Shown piece after piece: positions 23,491-36,994 of a stretch of DNA of 64,000 nt. Made by a program: the position numbers and the translations under genes. Source of the stretch: Octopus sinensis (Eukaryota); assembly GCF_006345805.1 (NCBI RefSeq), contig NC_043000.1:36890001-36954000 (forward strand). The letters are read 5' to 3'. The number at the start of each line of letters is the position of its first letter. The first letter of the stretch is position 1. The notes below the pieces were generated by a model that saw only the letters and a program-made list of their open reading frames with translations, ran no database searches and had not been told where the DNA came from.

Positions 23491-25359
23491 TGTGTAGCCA
23501 TGCATATAGTGTACATGTGTGGGTACAGAACACTTTTTCATTTGGGTTAATGAAAATTATTGTATTCAAGTTTGACATCCATCATACATCCACCCAATCA
23601 TACCTGTGTCCATCCATCCATGTATCATTATAAAAATGCTTCAGTCTCTCAATGCGTTCGCTCCAGAGATGCTTAGTAACCCCATGTTGTAGCTCAATGC
23701 AAGACCAGTCAGAATTGATGCAAACACGCTGTTTACATTCTTCTAGCTCTGACTTGATCGTGTTGTAAAGTTATTACAGGAGCCGTTTCTAATAAATCAC
23801 CTCTCTTTCACTGAACATCACATGAAACTAGGAAATCTACTGCAAATGGAAAATATTCAAATGAAAGACGTACATTAGAGCACAATAAAACACATTTAAT
23901 AATATAGCATGACCATACACACATGTACATACATATAAACATGTATACGCTTGTAAGTCTACATATTTATATATGCACACACTAGCATGCATACACAAGG
24001 ATACATATACACAAGTATACATGCCACTCTCGAATGCATACATTCATAAATACGTATGTATTCATTCATATACACGCGCACACAGTCACAACACCTACAT
24101 AAACACGCTTATAGCCATATACATGAGCACAAAAACGTGTATATCCATACATACTATTTTAGATATAATTGAAAATATGGCTGTGTTTTAGCTTTCTTTT
24201 TTATTAGCATTTCTTGTTTTCCTCTGATTTCCTTGAAGTTTCTGGAAAAGCTAACTTTCTCAATTTTCCTGAGAAATAGCAAGGAAATCATACGAAAATA
24301 TGAAAAGATTTTGTAAAAAAATATACCCATGACACAGTCGTCTTCTCAATATAACATTGTGAAAAGAAAAGCTGTTTACCATTTCGTGTATGTGTATTTG
24401 TGCCTGTTAATGTTATAAATGCTTGCTTGTATGGTGGAGACAATGTGCAGATATGTGTTTGTGAATAAGGCTCTGTAGCTACCTATACAGAGATCTATCA
24501 TATATATGGCTATGTGTTACATACATACATACGAGGTGGTATGAAAACGTTGGTTCTGTAGCGTATCAACAGTTGGTAGCACACGGTTGTGTGAGCAGTG
24601 AGAGCTAGCGGAGATCATCAGGCAGTGTGCCGAGTGATATCGCTGTGTTTACTTTGCAAGTTGCGATATTCGTGCTTTTTGTGATCGCGTGTATGCTGTA
24701 GTCTGCGATTTTTGTCATGGACAGGAAGTTGGAATAAAAAACCAACGGGAAATTTTACGTTAAACTTGGGAAGTCTGCTACAGAGACATTTGAACATGCA
24801 TCGGCAAGTTTACAGCAACGGGGCAATGGGTCGTAAGTAATGTTTCGAATGGCACGGGCCATTCAAAAGCCTAAGATCGTCTCCGGAAGACAATAAGCGA
24901 TCTAGAAGACCTGCCACGAGTTTCACCCTAGGAAATGTATTGTGCATCAAGAATTCGCCCCCCACCCCCAGGACAATCAAAAGTTATACTGCGGCGTTTT
25001 GAAGCGTCTAAGGGTGGACATTCGGCAAAAGTAGCGCCATCTATGGAGCCGGAAGAATTGGATTCTTCATGACGACAGTGCACCCTGTCGCTGAGTTCTC
25101 AAGTTTCTCACCAAAACAGGATTGCTTTTGCATCCACCCTAATCTTCAGATTTAGCAACGTGTAGACGAAAATATAGCTCAAAAGCCGCCGTTTTAATGC
25201 CGTTGTCGAGACTAAGAGTGAATCGCAGAAGGTCCTCGGCGCGCTCACGGAAAACGACTACCAGACCGCATTCCAAGAGTGGCAAGAACGCTAGGACCGG
25301 TGTAGTGCTGCGCAGGGTAACTATTTCGAAGGAGATGATGTTAAAACTTAGCTAAATAA

Positions 25360-25600
25360 TACAGTTCTATATTTAAGAGATGAGAAATTATGTACATTAT
25401 TCACATTTGACCGACATTTGTCCTCATCTTGTTTGTTAACACAACGTTTCGGCTGATATACCCTTCAGCCTTCCTTGGGAAAATTTCGAACCTGGGTTCT
25501 CATTCCTAAGGTATTTTTCGATGTTATTATTATTATTCACCTCACTGCTTGTAATCGAAGCTACTAATCCCAAGATTCCGAATTCGATTCTAAGCAGTGA

Positions 25601-25648
<48 letters not shown>

Positions 25649-25784
25649 CAACAACATCGAAAATTACCTTAGGAATGAGAACCCAGGTTCAAAATTTCCC
25701 CAAGACATCTGATGAAGGCTGGAGGGTATATCACCCAAAACCTTGTATTAACAACAAACAAGATGAGGACAATGTAAATAATGT
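25360..25784. mobile_element. SINE-E inverted (head-to-head) pair inserted as one unit
   Basis: Left arm 25360-25559 is the reverse complement of the family 3' part; right arm 25560-25784 is forward. TSD tagctaaataa at 25349-25359 and 25785-25795. Confidence 0.85.
25704..25749 (+). ncRNA. Degenerate hammerhead motif (SINE-E right arm)
   Basis: gacat-CTGATGA-a-ggctg..caccc-aaaa-cc-tt-gtatt. CTGATGA is intact; GAAA and the stems are mutated. Confidence 0.55.
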
Positions 25785-26278
25785 TAGCTAAATAAGTTTG
25801 TTTTTTTATTAGACATAACTTGTTTAATGAATCTTTTGATAGATATATACATATAGTGCAATTTAAAAGATTATTGCATCGCACGACCAATAATCAGTAT
25901 TAAAACCCCATATTTATCTCCATGTGTGAAGGAAAACGGTATTAAGGTGCACGTATCATTTGGTTGGAATCGGTCCTTGGGTATGTCACAGAGTGAATAT
26001 ACAAAACAAGACGAGTGAGATTGTTCACAAAAAGACTTAGTTACACAATCTTACGTATATTTCATTAAGAATGATAGTTTAATAATCAAACTGTATTGTC
26101 AAATCTGCAGAGATGTTTAACTCTCAATTTTAATTTTATTGAGATTATTGACAATGTTGCTAGATAAGCAATGAGCTCAGAACTACTGATACGCAGTGTT
26201 TCTTCTACTTACATTAGTTTTGATTTGGTTATTTATAAATGGCTTTTTCTTCTGTTGTCTGTTACCTGGTGTTAGTAG

Positions 26279-26610
26279 CGGCGCAATGGCCCAGTGGTTA
26301 GGGCAGCTGACTCGCGGTTTCGATTCCCAGACCGGGTGTTGTGAGTGTTTATTGAGCGAAAACGCCTAAAGCTCTACGAGGCTCCGACAGGGGATGGTGG
26401 CGAACCCTGCTGTACTCTTTCACAACTTTCTCTCACTCGGAACTGTATTTCAAAGGGGCCAGCCTTGTCACACTGTGTCACGCTGAATCTTCCCGTTAAG
26501 GGTACACGTATCTGTGGAATGTTCGGCCACTTGCAGGGTAATTTCACGAGCAGGCTGTTCCATTGATCGGATCAACTGGAACCCTCGTCGTCGTAACCGA
26601 CGGAGTGCCA
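26279..26610 (+). mobile_element. tRNA-derived SINE family C
   Basis: A box tggcccagtgg, B box gtttcgattcc; 3' end gaaccctcgtcgtcgtaaccgacggagtgcc. Confidence 0.85.
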
Positions 26611-26782
26611 CGTACATAAATTTCTCTGTGTATATATAAACATACACAAACACATATATACATACGCTCACATATACGTATATGATGATATATACACATA
26701 CACTTGACATTGCAGATTGAATGATTTACTTAAATTGAATATTAATCCGCGATTCGAGTTCCACAACAGTGCAATTTCTGGC

Positions 26783-26813
<31 letters not shown>

Positions 26814-28181
26814 ACACGCGCTATGAAAGCATACGCTAAAGCGTAATTTGTCAAGACAGTCATTTCGTAAATAAAAACACACGCTCTGGTTATATTTCCA
26901 TTCTCTACTATCAATCAACCAGTTAAATGATTAACTTATCGTATGATCAACCAGTCAGACACATTGTTTGTTGTGCTTTTTCGCCCGGCCCGACTTCATC
27001 GATGACAGGTTGTCGTGGCCCCAGGTCTGTCACGGTGTAGTTAAACTGGGGTTGTATTTAAAAGTTTGGAATTGTAAGTAACACCGTGAGAGAGAGAGAG
27101 AGAGTGTATGCAGGGAGAAAGAGAGTGTGTGTATTTGTATGTGGTGGGGGAGACCAAATTAGTGGGTGCTTTTAAAGTGCGAGAGGGCGTCGGTGCGAGT
27201 GAATAGGTTTCAATTAAGGTAATGTCTTATTCTTTTAACGACGTTCGGTCAATGTTTATGTGTGTGTATTATGAGTGTACGCGAGTGAGCTTGTGGGTCA
27301 GTGCACGCAGACAGACATACGTGTGACGTGTGTAGATGGATAAATTAATCCGTGGAGGGAAGAGAATGAAAACGAAACACGGCTAAATAACTGATGTGAT
27401 TATATATGGTAAACGACATTTACATATACGCACATGCACGACGGCATCCACACATCACGTGCACACATGCAGCACACACTTGTTTGCACACATTCGCCCC
27501 ACATTATATATATACATACACTAATGCACACACACACACACACACACCTGTGTAACATACGCTCAAATTCACATGTGAACATATACATACATATAGACAG
27601 ATATATGTATATACACACACGTATAAATACATTCCTACACACACACACACAAATCTCTAGGCATATATATGTGTGTTTGCCTGAGAGAAACTTACCTATT
27701 TACGCACTGGACGTCTCGAATCCACCCCTTTCGCCAATCTTAATCTAAAGTACAATACCCCCTAAGTCCTCAATATATCGTTAACGCTATGTTAGAATAT
27801 TTAGTCCTATGACAAGAGGAAATATCCACATCTATCTACGCGTCTTTTATTGTGTGTGCAGATAGTCATATTGACGTTTTATTGCAGAAATGTCATCATT
27901 GAATTTGCTCGTAATTCGTTCACTTGCTTTATATTTAAGCATTATCGCCATTTCGAGTCGTATTTTTATAATCTGGTCAATAATATTGTATGAAAGTATG
28001 ACAGTAGAGGAATAGATTTCATATTATTTAGCACAAAGAAATGAAAGGATGCAATATCTGTCCGTGTGTCTTATTGTCTGCCACCGCTTTCTTTCTATTT
28101 CCCTCTCTTCCAATATATATGTGTGTGTGTGTCTGTGTACGTAAATAAGTGAAGAAATATATATGCAGTTTCGAAATCGCC

Positions 28182-28217
<36 letters not shown>

Positions 28218-28698
28218 TGGGTGCGTAGAGGGAGAGAGAGAGAGAGAAATGTATGAAAGAAAATATGAAATGAAATGATGTAGAGAACATCTGAACAGAG
28301 TTACACAAAAAGTTCTGACAATGAAGGCTACACACTCAAAGCTATGTCAAATATTGAGGAGCAAACACTGTCTACTTCAAGCACATTCAACAATGCAGCT
28401 CTAACGTGTATGAGAAATTAAAAAGAATACTTTGGCAAAAATCTGGAATCCGAGGAAACTGGTCGTTGACCAGCAACAATAAATCTAAGAGACGCTCCAG
28501 AAGTTCAGTTGCCGCGAGGGGTCAAGAATTTAGAATATCGGTGCCATATTCTTTTATCAACGTGGAAGGTAGATTTTTTTTTAAGGTTATCTTACTTTTC
28601 ATCCAAGCTCTAACAATTTTTTTTTCACATGTAAATGACGATGCTTCGATTCCAATATCAACCCTGAAACTGTAGAAGGGAGTGCACAAGCGTACTGG

Positions 28699-28845
28699 CT
28701 GTAAGTAATCTCTATATAGTACAAAGAGTATATGCGTTACACTGCATAAAACACAGTACACAGAGTATCTAGTACAATGAGTATTACTGTAAGTAATCTC
28801 TATATAGTACAAAGGGTGCATGCGTTAAACTGCATAAAACACATG
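28699..28845. repeat. 88-bp-period tandem duplication (about 1.7 copies)
   Basis: ctgtaagtaatctctatatagtacaaag... occurs at 28699 and 28787. Confidence 0.85.
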
Positions 28846-28957
28846 CGACACACAATAAAATACTGCCCTCACACAGAATATCTTGGCATCGACAGAAGGA
28901 CCACTGATTAGTAAGATGTTCTTCAAAAACACACTTCAGTACCTGCTTCATAAACTG

Positions 28958-29137
28958 CCAGGTAAAAAAAAGTCACAGGAGAAAAAGAAGTCACTGAAAA
29001 AAAAGTCACCAGGAAAAAAAGTCACCAGGAAAAAGTAACCTAAAAGAAAACCGTTACCGGGAAAAAAAGTTCCCAGAAAAAATGTTGCTGGAAAAAAAAA
29101 AGTCACCAGGAAAAAAGTGACAGGAGAAAACTTCACA
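28958..29137. repeat. About 14-15 bp tandem array (AAAAAAGTCACCAGG)n
   Basis: About 12 degenerate units by direct reading. Confidence 0.85.
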
Positions 29138-29250
29138 AGTAATAGCATCAGATATAGTGTTGTGGTGAATGTCCAAGTAATGTATTGCCAGTTAATAATT
29201 AATTCAAGATATTTTCCCTTTTATGAATGTTTATGGTACTTTAATAAATT

Positions 29251-29832
29251 GTGTGTGGGTAGGTGTGTGTAGGTGTGCGAGTTGGTGTGTGTGCGTGTGC
29301 ATGCGAGTAGGTGTGTGTGTGTGCATGCGAGTTGGTGTGTGTGCGTGTGCATGCGAGTAGGTGTGTGTGTGTGCATGCGAGTAGGTGTGTGTGCGTGTGC
29401 ATGCGAGTAGGTGTGTGTGCGTGTGCATGCGAGTAGGTGTGTGTGTGTATGCGCATGCGAGTATGTGCGTGTGCGTACGAGTAGGTGCGTGCATGTGCAT
29501 GCGAGTAGGTGTGCGTGCGTGTGTGCGTGTGCATGCGAGTAGGTGTGTGTGTGCGTGTGCATGCGAGTAGGTGTGTGTGCGTGCGTGCGAGTAGGCGTGT
29601 GTGCGTGCGTGCGAGTAGGCGTGTGTACGTGCGTGCGAGTAGGCGTGTGTGCGTGCGTGCGAGTAGGTGTATGTGCGTGCGTGCGAGTAGGTGTATGTGC
29701 GTGCGTGCGAGTAGGTGTATGTGCGTGCGTGCGAGTAGGTGTATGTGTGTGCGTGCGAGTAGGTGTATGTGTGTGCGTGCGAGTAGGTGTATGTGTGTGC
29801 GTGCGAGTAGGTGTCTGTGTGTAGGTGTGTGT
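29251..29832. repeat. 24-28 bp minisatellite with a fixed GCGAGTAG motif in a (TG/CG) backbone
   Basis: More than 20 units, with variant units arranged in blocks. Confidence 0.95.
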
Positions 29833-31661
29833 ACATACACATAGCATTTTCCACTGCATTTGCAGAAGGCACCATTCTCTTCGGTCGCGTAAAGAGTTTT
29901 CCGACAATAAAAATATTTCTTGTCGTTGAAGGTGATGTGAGTGAAAGGCATAGTCTAATGAGATTGGGGTGTGCATGAAGACCCTACAGGGCAGAGTTAG
30001 CGAGGTATAACACAGAGGTTTGGTCTCTTAGTATCTGCAGGTCTCAGAGCCAAAATACTGGATCGTGAGTCAGACTGAAAGATGGTCAAATAAGTAGCCT
30101 TACGTCAGACTTGATGGACACAGTGACCCTGGGAGTTGCTACTGACAGCGTCCGGTTTCCCTCAAATGTACTTCATTACGGTTTTCAAGTTAACTATATT
30201 CGTTTTTGCTAGCAACATGGTCAAAGCGATTGATCTATTTGGCGGTGGACTTGGTATTTAAAAAGAGTTGTCATATAAGAAATGAACCGACGTATAAGAC
30301 ATCGAGGTGGAGAACATACGGTAGAGATGTATTGAGCCAGTCTGGGTGGTGGAGAGAGAAACAGTACTGTACCCAAGGTTGCATAGAGCATCTTTCCGAA
30401 AAGATAACTGTAATGGTGTATGACAGGAATAGGCGGAAGTTGTTAAGGACAATGTTTTTCAATCGCCTAGTCACAAGGTGGAAGGTAACTGTGTGTATAT
30501 AATGGCAGAATCGTTTGTGAATACACACACACACACAGAGTTTAAATGAAATCGTAATTTATTCCATATATGTTTCACATATAAAACCAATATTTCTAAA
30601 GAGTGTAACGAAAGTACGTGATATTGTAGCAATGTTTGTACAAGACTTCGCTTTAATGTCCTCACATGATTCTGGTTATCAAACAACATCTTACATGTGG
30701 AACTTCATCGATCAAAGAGAGGATTTTAGTCATAATTCTGTACTGTTACATATGACTTACTCTATTAAATGGTTAACACCTTCACAGAACTGGTAAATAG
30801 GGAAACTCCGATATTTACTACAAATATGAATACAAGCACACACACATAGGTATTTACACAATATAGTTTGTACAGGTGGTTTACACACAAACATAAACAA
30901 AGATATACATACATAAATCTACCCCCACACACCCATATATTTCACATATAGATACCTCGTCATGTATGTACACATGCGTGCACACACATATATATCTGCA
31001 AATTAAACCCTTCGTTTCACACAGAACGTTTTTGTAATTCAACAGACCGAATATAATTTAAAAAATACATCTTTTTAAAAAATAGTTGAAATTGCACGAA
31101 CGAGAGAGAGAGGGGGAGAGAGACGGGGGAGATAAGAGAGGAAGAGATAGCGAGAAGAGATGGATGAGGAGAGAGAGCAGGGAGAGTGGGTATGGAATGA
31201 AGAGGAGGCCGAAAAGTGGAAGAGGGGGAGATGAGAGACGGTCGTGATATTTTAGTGTACAGGTTGTGCAGTGTAATATTGTGAATGATGAATGCTGGTG
31301 AGGATTTGAAACGAGGGCATTTCACAGTTTGTGTCGTTTAGAGAATATATAAATGCGTTTATTAGATGTATGGACCTTAATTTATCACGCGTCTTTTTAT
31401 AATGTTCACGGAAGTTACAGGCTTTTATGTGTCGCTCTTGAAAATACGCCGCCCCACAAACCCGACGCGGTCCCTACACATCTGGCAGGACGTTCTATAA
31501 AGAGATTCCACTTCCGTGAAAATGCTGAGAAAGCGAAGCCGGTTATCGCCGAGTGCTGCGGCGGGAGAGAAATGAAGGGTACCCCACAGCTTTTACGGAA
31601 AATTCTGCTCAGTTACTTGATATATGCACCAGATTATGAAACTATCATCATCATCATCATC

Positions 31662-31842
31662 AAGGTGGTATGTTGACAGAATTGTTAGCGCGTTGAAGGA
31701 AATGCTTAGCGGCATTTTGTCTGTACTTCCATTCTGAGTTCAAATTCATCGTTTCGAGGATTGATAAAATAAGTACCAGTTACGCTCTGGGGTCGATGTA
31801 ACCGACTTACACACTTACTCGAAATTGCTGCCCGTGAACCAA

Positions 31843-31874
<32 letters not shown>

Positions 31875-32188
31875 TAATAATAATAATGATAATAATAATA
31901 ATGATAATAATAATAATGATAATAATAATAATGATAATAATAATAATAATTATTATTATTATTCAGGTGACCAGCTTGCAGAATCGTTTAGTACGCTGGG
32001 CGAAATGCTGTCCTCCATGTTCTGAGTTCAAATTCCGCCGGGGTTGACTATGCGTTTCATCCTTTCGGGGTCAATAAATTAAGTACCAGTTACGCACTGG
32101 GATCGATGTAATCGACTTGATCTCTTCCCCCAAATTTGAGGCGATCTGCTCCCAATAGAAAGGATTATTATTATTATTATTATTATTA

Positions 32189-32219
<31 letters not shown>

Positions 32220-32365
32220 GTGATTTAAGTGACCAACTGGCGGAAGCATTACCGCGCTGGATAAAATACTAAACCAAATCTCTTGCAATTTGTAACATTC
32301 TCAGTACAAATTTCGACCATGTATTCTGTGTTTCATCCTTTCGGGGTCGATAAAATAAGTATCAG
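31662..32365 (+). mobile_element. Cluster of three family B SINE copies or fragments separated by (AAT)n/(ATT)n tracts
   Basis: Copies at about 31662-31843, 31965-32163 and 32230-32365 contain ttctgagttcaaatt and cctttcggggtcgataaa..agtaccag. The (GATAATAATAATAAT)n tract spans about 31845-31945. Confidence 0.8.
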
Positions 32366-32499
32366 TCGAGCACTAAGAATTTATGCCACTGAAAAACTCG
32401 AGAATGGCGACGAGGGAGAGACTTCGAAAAACATTAACCAATTGACGAATAATAAACATGAAATAGAACCGGTGAGTGTGTTTATTATTGCTATAACGA

Positions 32500-32729
32500 C
32501 CCTCCCGAGAGGGAGACGGAGAGAGAGTAAGAGCGAGGGAGAGAGGGAGACGGAGAGAGAGTGAGAGGGAGGGTGAGAGGGAGATCGGTCTGAAGAGGTT
32601 GATTGATATGGAGAGAGAGAGAGATATGGAGAGAGAGAGAGATATGGAGAGAGAGAGAGATATGGAGAGAGAGAGAGAGATATGGAGAGAGAGAGAGATA
32701 TGGAGAGAGAGAGAGATATGGAGAGGGGG

Positions 32730-32761
<32 letters not shown>

Positions 32762-32850
32762 GAGAGAGAGAGAGAGAGAGATAGATGTGGAGAGATAGAT
32801 AGATATGGAGAGAGATGTGGAGAGATAGATATATATTACACACACACAAA
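32500..32850. repeat. GA-rich minisatellite (GATATGGAGAGAGAGAGA)n with (TA)n and (GA)n
   Basis: Direct reading. Confidence 0.9.
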
Positions 32851-33369
32851 AAAAACTTAAAGGAATAGGGATAAGAAATCTGGACAGGTACCTTTATTAG
32901 CTCTCATATAATCCGGATCTGACTAACCACACCGAATGATAGGAAACATACAAAATTGTTTCAGATAAGCAATTACAAGGAAGTTATGTTACTCGACAGA
33001 TAAATCCTGAGTCTGCTTCATTGGATTTCATACAACATACAGAGTCTATAATTAAGATATCATAAACAGGACTGGAGAATTACACATCCTCAATAATATT
33101 GCAGTGATATTCTCATTAAATTTAGATTTCCAATCCAACACATGTTTCTGCCGGTCAAGTGTCCTAGTGTCCTTTGATGCAGCATTTATGTGCATTTACA
33201 TGGTTCAGTTGTTGTAAATATTAATCCCGGGTAGACATTGCTCTGCAGCTTTGTTCCTGATAGACAGAGTGCGATGAGTAAATTGTCGTCAGTTTATATT
33301 TTTGATTTCAAGCATGCACATTGTTTCTGATTTTGTCAACTACAGAGTATAGTAGGATCTGTTGGATAC

Positions 33370-33960
33370 CGTCTGTGCGGAAAACAGCATCATAAAGCAA
33401 TTCACTCTGCCAGCAATTTGGAAACGACATGCTCTACTGCTTGGCATTCGCGCCGGAAACTCCAATACAAACATTTCAGAGTGTTTGGGTGTCAATCTGA
33501 GGACATGGACTGAGAGTGATAAAAATCAAACACCCAGTCAACATCATGGTGTTTGGAGTGATCATTGTTGATGAGGACGTTATGCCTCTATTCATCTTCC
33601 CACACGGCCTCAGACTCAACACAGAGGCCTACATCATCTGTCTGGAGGAGGTAGTACCGTCCTGGGTCAAGAGGGTGGCTGCTGTAAGACCCTATGTCTG
33701 GCAACAGGACTCTGCTGCATGCTACACAAGCAGAAGAATCCAACTGTGGCTGTCGGGCGATTTCTGCGTCCACCTGACCCCTAACAGCTGGCCACCTAAC
33801 TTCCCAGACTGCAACACCCTTGACTATTATGTGTGGGGTGCAGTTGAGCGAGAGAGCATCAAAACTTCTTTTAGCACCAAAGATGAACTGAAGGCAACTC
33901 AAGGCAAAAATATTCTTATGTAATTTTGGTAAATACATCTGTTAAAATGTTTGATTTTTG
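33370..33960 (+). mobile_element. maT (DD37D) Tc1/mariner transposase remnant with an internal deletion
   Basis: MVFGVI...WQQDSA...WPPNFPDCNTLDYYVWG, with 37 residues between the second and third catalytic D (counted). The N-terminal HTH piece is fused directly upstream. Confidence 0.85.
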
Positions 33961-34812
33961 TGTAATTTAGACAACAATATATTCACCGCAACCAGTATAT
34001 CTAATGTGCGCTCACGCGTGTGTGAACGACAAGGTATAAATAATGGTGATTGCTTGGTTCCTTGCTGTAGTGACTTAGCTTACAGTTGTTTCCAGTAGTC
34101 ACTATAGGTTCCTTCTTGATAGGTTTACTCAGTCGGCCCATCGATCGGTTGAGATAAAATTGAACGACCTAGAAAATTGATGCAACTTTCGTCAGTCATT
34201 TCTGGATATAACCAGGCAGAACACTGAAAGAATAGTACGGGTATGGGGAGGGGAGCGACGAGAGGCAATAAGTGGAAGAGCCTGGTTTAGTAACAGAGAG
34301 CTTACAAAGGATTTTGCCCGGATTGATAATCCTTCACTAATAACTGTGTATGTGTGTGTGTGTTGTGCGTGTGTATACAGAACTATGTAAATATGCCAGG
34401 AAGACAGGGAAATCTACAAATACATGTATAATAGTAATCTTGTAATACACGTCTATATACACGTATTTGTAGGTTTGTAACATCACATTCATAGACTGTG
34501 TTTCTCCTCAATATTTACAAGGATCCAGGCACAATGAACGCATACGGAATTGTTGTACGCACTAAGCTGCATTACATTCTATAGAGACATGTATACACAC
34601 ACATCACATGAGCGTAAGTGCCAGCGTATATAGACATGTGTTAATAAACACAATTTTAACACAGAAACACGCGTGCGTGCACGCACACATAGACACGCGT
34701 GCACATATATATATATAGAAAGAGAGACGGCGGATCAAAATAACTTCCTAGATTCACCATTCTTCGACATGTTAAATATGGGAGATTATTCAGTAGCAGC
34801 CATTGTGATTGC

Positions 34813-34928
<116 letters not shown>

Positions 34929-35350
34929 AATAATGTAATATTGAGGAGTAGGTGGAGGAAAGCTGTATCCTTTTTTCAATTGTAACATATTTAAATATTC
35001 TACCAGAAAACCACATTTAATATGCAGAAAATATGGAAGTGAAATTCCTTGGAGATTGGAATATTGTGAAATGAAATTGTTTCAAGAAGGAGAATGGGAA
35101 TTATGACATCCACTTAATAATAAGAATTCCCCACAGAGGATTTACTAAGAAGGAAACCAGAAAAGAAGAATGAAATGGCTTAAGCAAAAGCTATTATTAA
35201 GTTAGATAAGTAGGGTCTTAGCATTGATGTGAACATCAATTTGATTATTTGTTGGGAGAAATATAAAAGAAATATTTATTTCAAAATTAAATTATCAAAA
35301 CAGAATATTAATCACTGGAGTAGTGTTATTTCAGAGAGAGAGAGAGAGAG

Positions 35351-35395
<45 letters not shown>

Positions 35396-35469
35396 AGAGA
35401 GAGAGAGAAAGAAACATACAGAGAGAGAGGGAGAGAGAGAGAGAAAGAGAGAGAGAGCGTGTGTATCTT

Positions 35470-36960
35470 TTTTGTTTTTGTCCTTTTGTTTCAGACGAAG
35501 GCTGAGGCCATGCTGTGGCACTGCCTTTCAATGGCATTGACTTCCTCTTTTGTATTGTTTCTGGTGAAGTAGCGAGTTGGACGGAGCTGCTCTTCGTCGT
35601 GCCTCCTGCCATAATGTAGGTTAATCTGGCACCTCAGAAATTTGTCCAGACGCTCTTTGAAGACCTCCTACTGTACACTTCGCAAATCCCTGAGGTTGTT
35701 CGACAGAATGTCGAATTGTGGTGGACCTTGAAACCCAAGCTGTTACAGTATTACAGTATTGTGTCCTTATTTGAAATGGAGAAGGCCGGATCTTTGGCAC
35801 CATGCAATGCCATCCAGTTTAGTGCTTGGTGTAGCTTTCAATTCCAAAGTTAAGCTTCCAGAATGTTTCATTTGTATTCTTCTCTCTCGGAAGTAGAGTC
35901 GCAGTTTCTTTAGCCTCTCCCAGTAGCTCATCGGGTAATAAGCACATGGACTGATGCATCGCCCCTCATGTGCATTCACAGATCACGTACCAACTAACAA
36001 CTGCACTACTCCCTGGTCCTGTGTAGTCCGATTGTAGTCTGTTTGTGGGCTGATAGTGGAGCACATAAACCTTCTTGGCATTGAACTGCATGTTATTTTC
36101 ATCAGCCCACCTGTATATTGCATACAGGTCGTTTTGTAGTTTTAATATGCGGTCAGGGTCGTTGACCAACTGTGTATCATCACCATAGTTGGTGAGAGTA
36201 GCTGGCTATGGCTGAGGGCATGTCAGAGAGACACTACAAACAGTAGTGGCCCCAGTACACTTCTCTGAGAGAACTGAAGTCTCCCCCACAGAAAGCACTA
36301 CTGGCTGCAACTGTTTGACCCCTGCCTTTTAAAAACTCATGTGCCTACTCAAAAACCCGCAATACCAATGTTGGGCGGTTTGTGGCATATCCTATGATGA
36401 AAATCAGTCGAAGACTTTGGCAAAGTTGAGATATCGCATCTACAATTGTTTCAGTACCAAGTCATAATGCCGTGCGAGGCAGCTTCTCCCTCGAAGGAAG
36501 CCTCGTTGCGTGTTTGTAAGCAATATATTTTGTTCCAGGAACATGACCAGACTCCTTCATTATGACAAGGTGTTCCATGACACTAAGATGTGAGGTCAAA
36601 GAGATAGGTGGGTAAGTTTTAGCAGCCGTTCTGCTTCTCTCTTTATGGACAAAGGATATTATACCTTCTTTTAACATTCTGGAAAGTTTACTGCGTGCAA
36701 AGCAAACTTTGAAATAGTGCCTACAACAGTTTTGCAAGAGCATTTTTCTCATGCTTTCAAAAGAAAGACTGAAAATATTTCTGGAACCGTTGCCGAGTTC
36801 ACGTTCATCTCATCAAGGCCCAATATTACATTTTCCTCTTTTATGTCGATGTAATCTATGGTTGCCTGTTTCTCACGTAGATCTGCGGTGTTAAACTCAT
36901 CAGGTTTACTTATTTCCCTGTACAAGCGAAAACACTTTAGAATAATTTAAATACTACATC
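35470..36960 (-). mobile_element. Decayed, 5'-truncated CR1 LINE
   Basis: PISLTSH, GPLLFVVS..DMP, NYGDDT, LQNDLYAIYRWADENNMQFN, YWERLKKLRLY; 3' tail ggcagtgccacagcatggcctcagcc..ctgaaac. Confidence 0.85.
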
Positions 36961-36994
36961 CCTTATCGCCTCAAAATCTGCAGTTAGTGCGCCG

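Larger units (their letters stand above)
24530..25845 (+). mobile_element. Internally deleted mariner, interrupted by a SINE-E inverted pair
   Basis: TA|cgaggtggtatgaaaa TIR; MDRKLE..KFYVKLGKSATETF; WILHDDSAPC; HPP..SDLA. The right end resumes after the TSD at 25785. Confidence 0.85.

Noticed and set aside
25360-25372. Reading TACAGTTCTATAT / ATATAGAACTGTA as Tc1-like TIRs of a MITE
   Set aside because: The 25360-25784 unit has an 11-12 bp TSD rather than TA and lacks the repeat at its right end, and at 58300 the 13-mer is doubled. An inverted 3' tip fits better, though this is not fully excluded.
29221-29976. Long ORFs (214-251 aa) rich in His/Thr/Arg
   Set aside because: They are translations of the minisatellite, and several frames are open only because the repeat lacks stops.
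31400-31620. CpG-richer patch (also 59330-59620) as a possible promoter
   Set aside because: No adjacent gene or definable motif, so it is unsupported from sequence alone.
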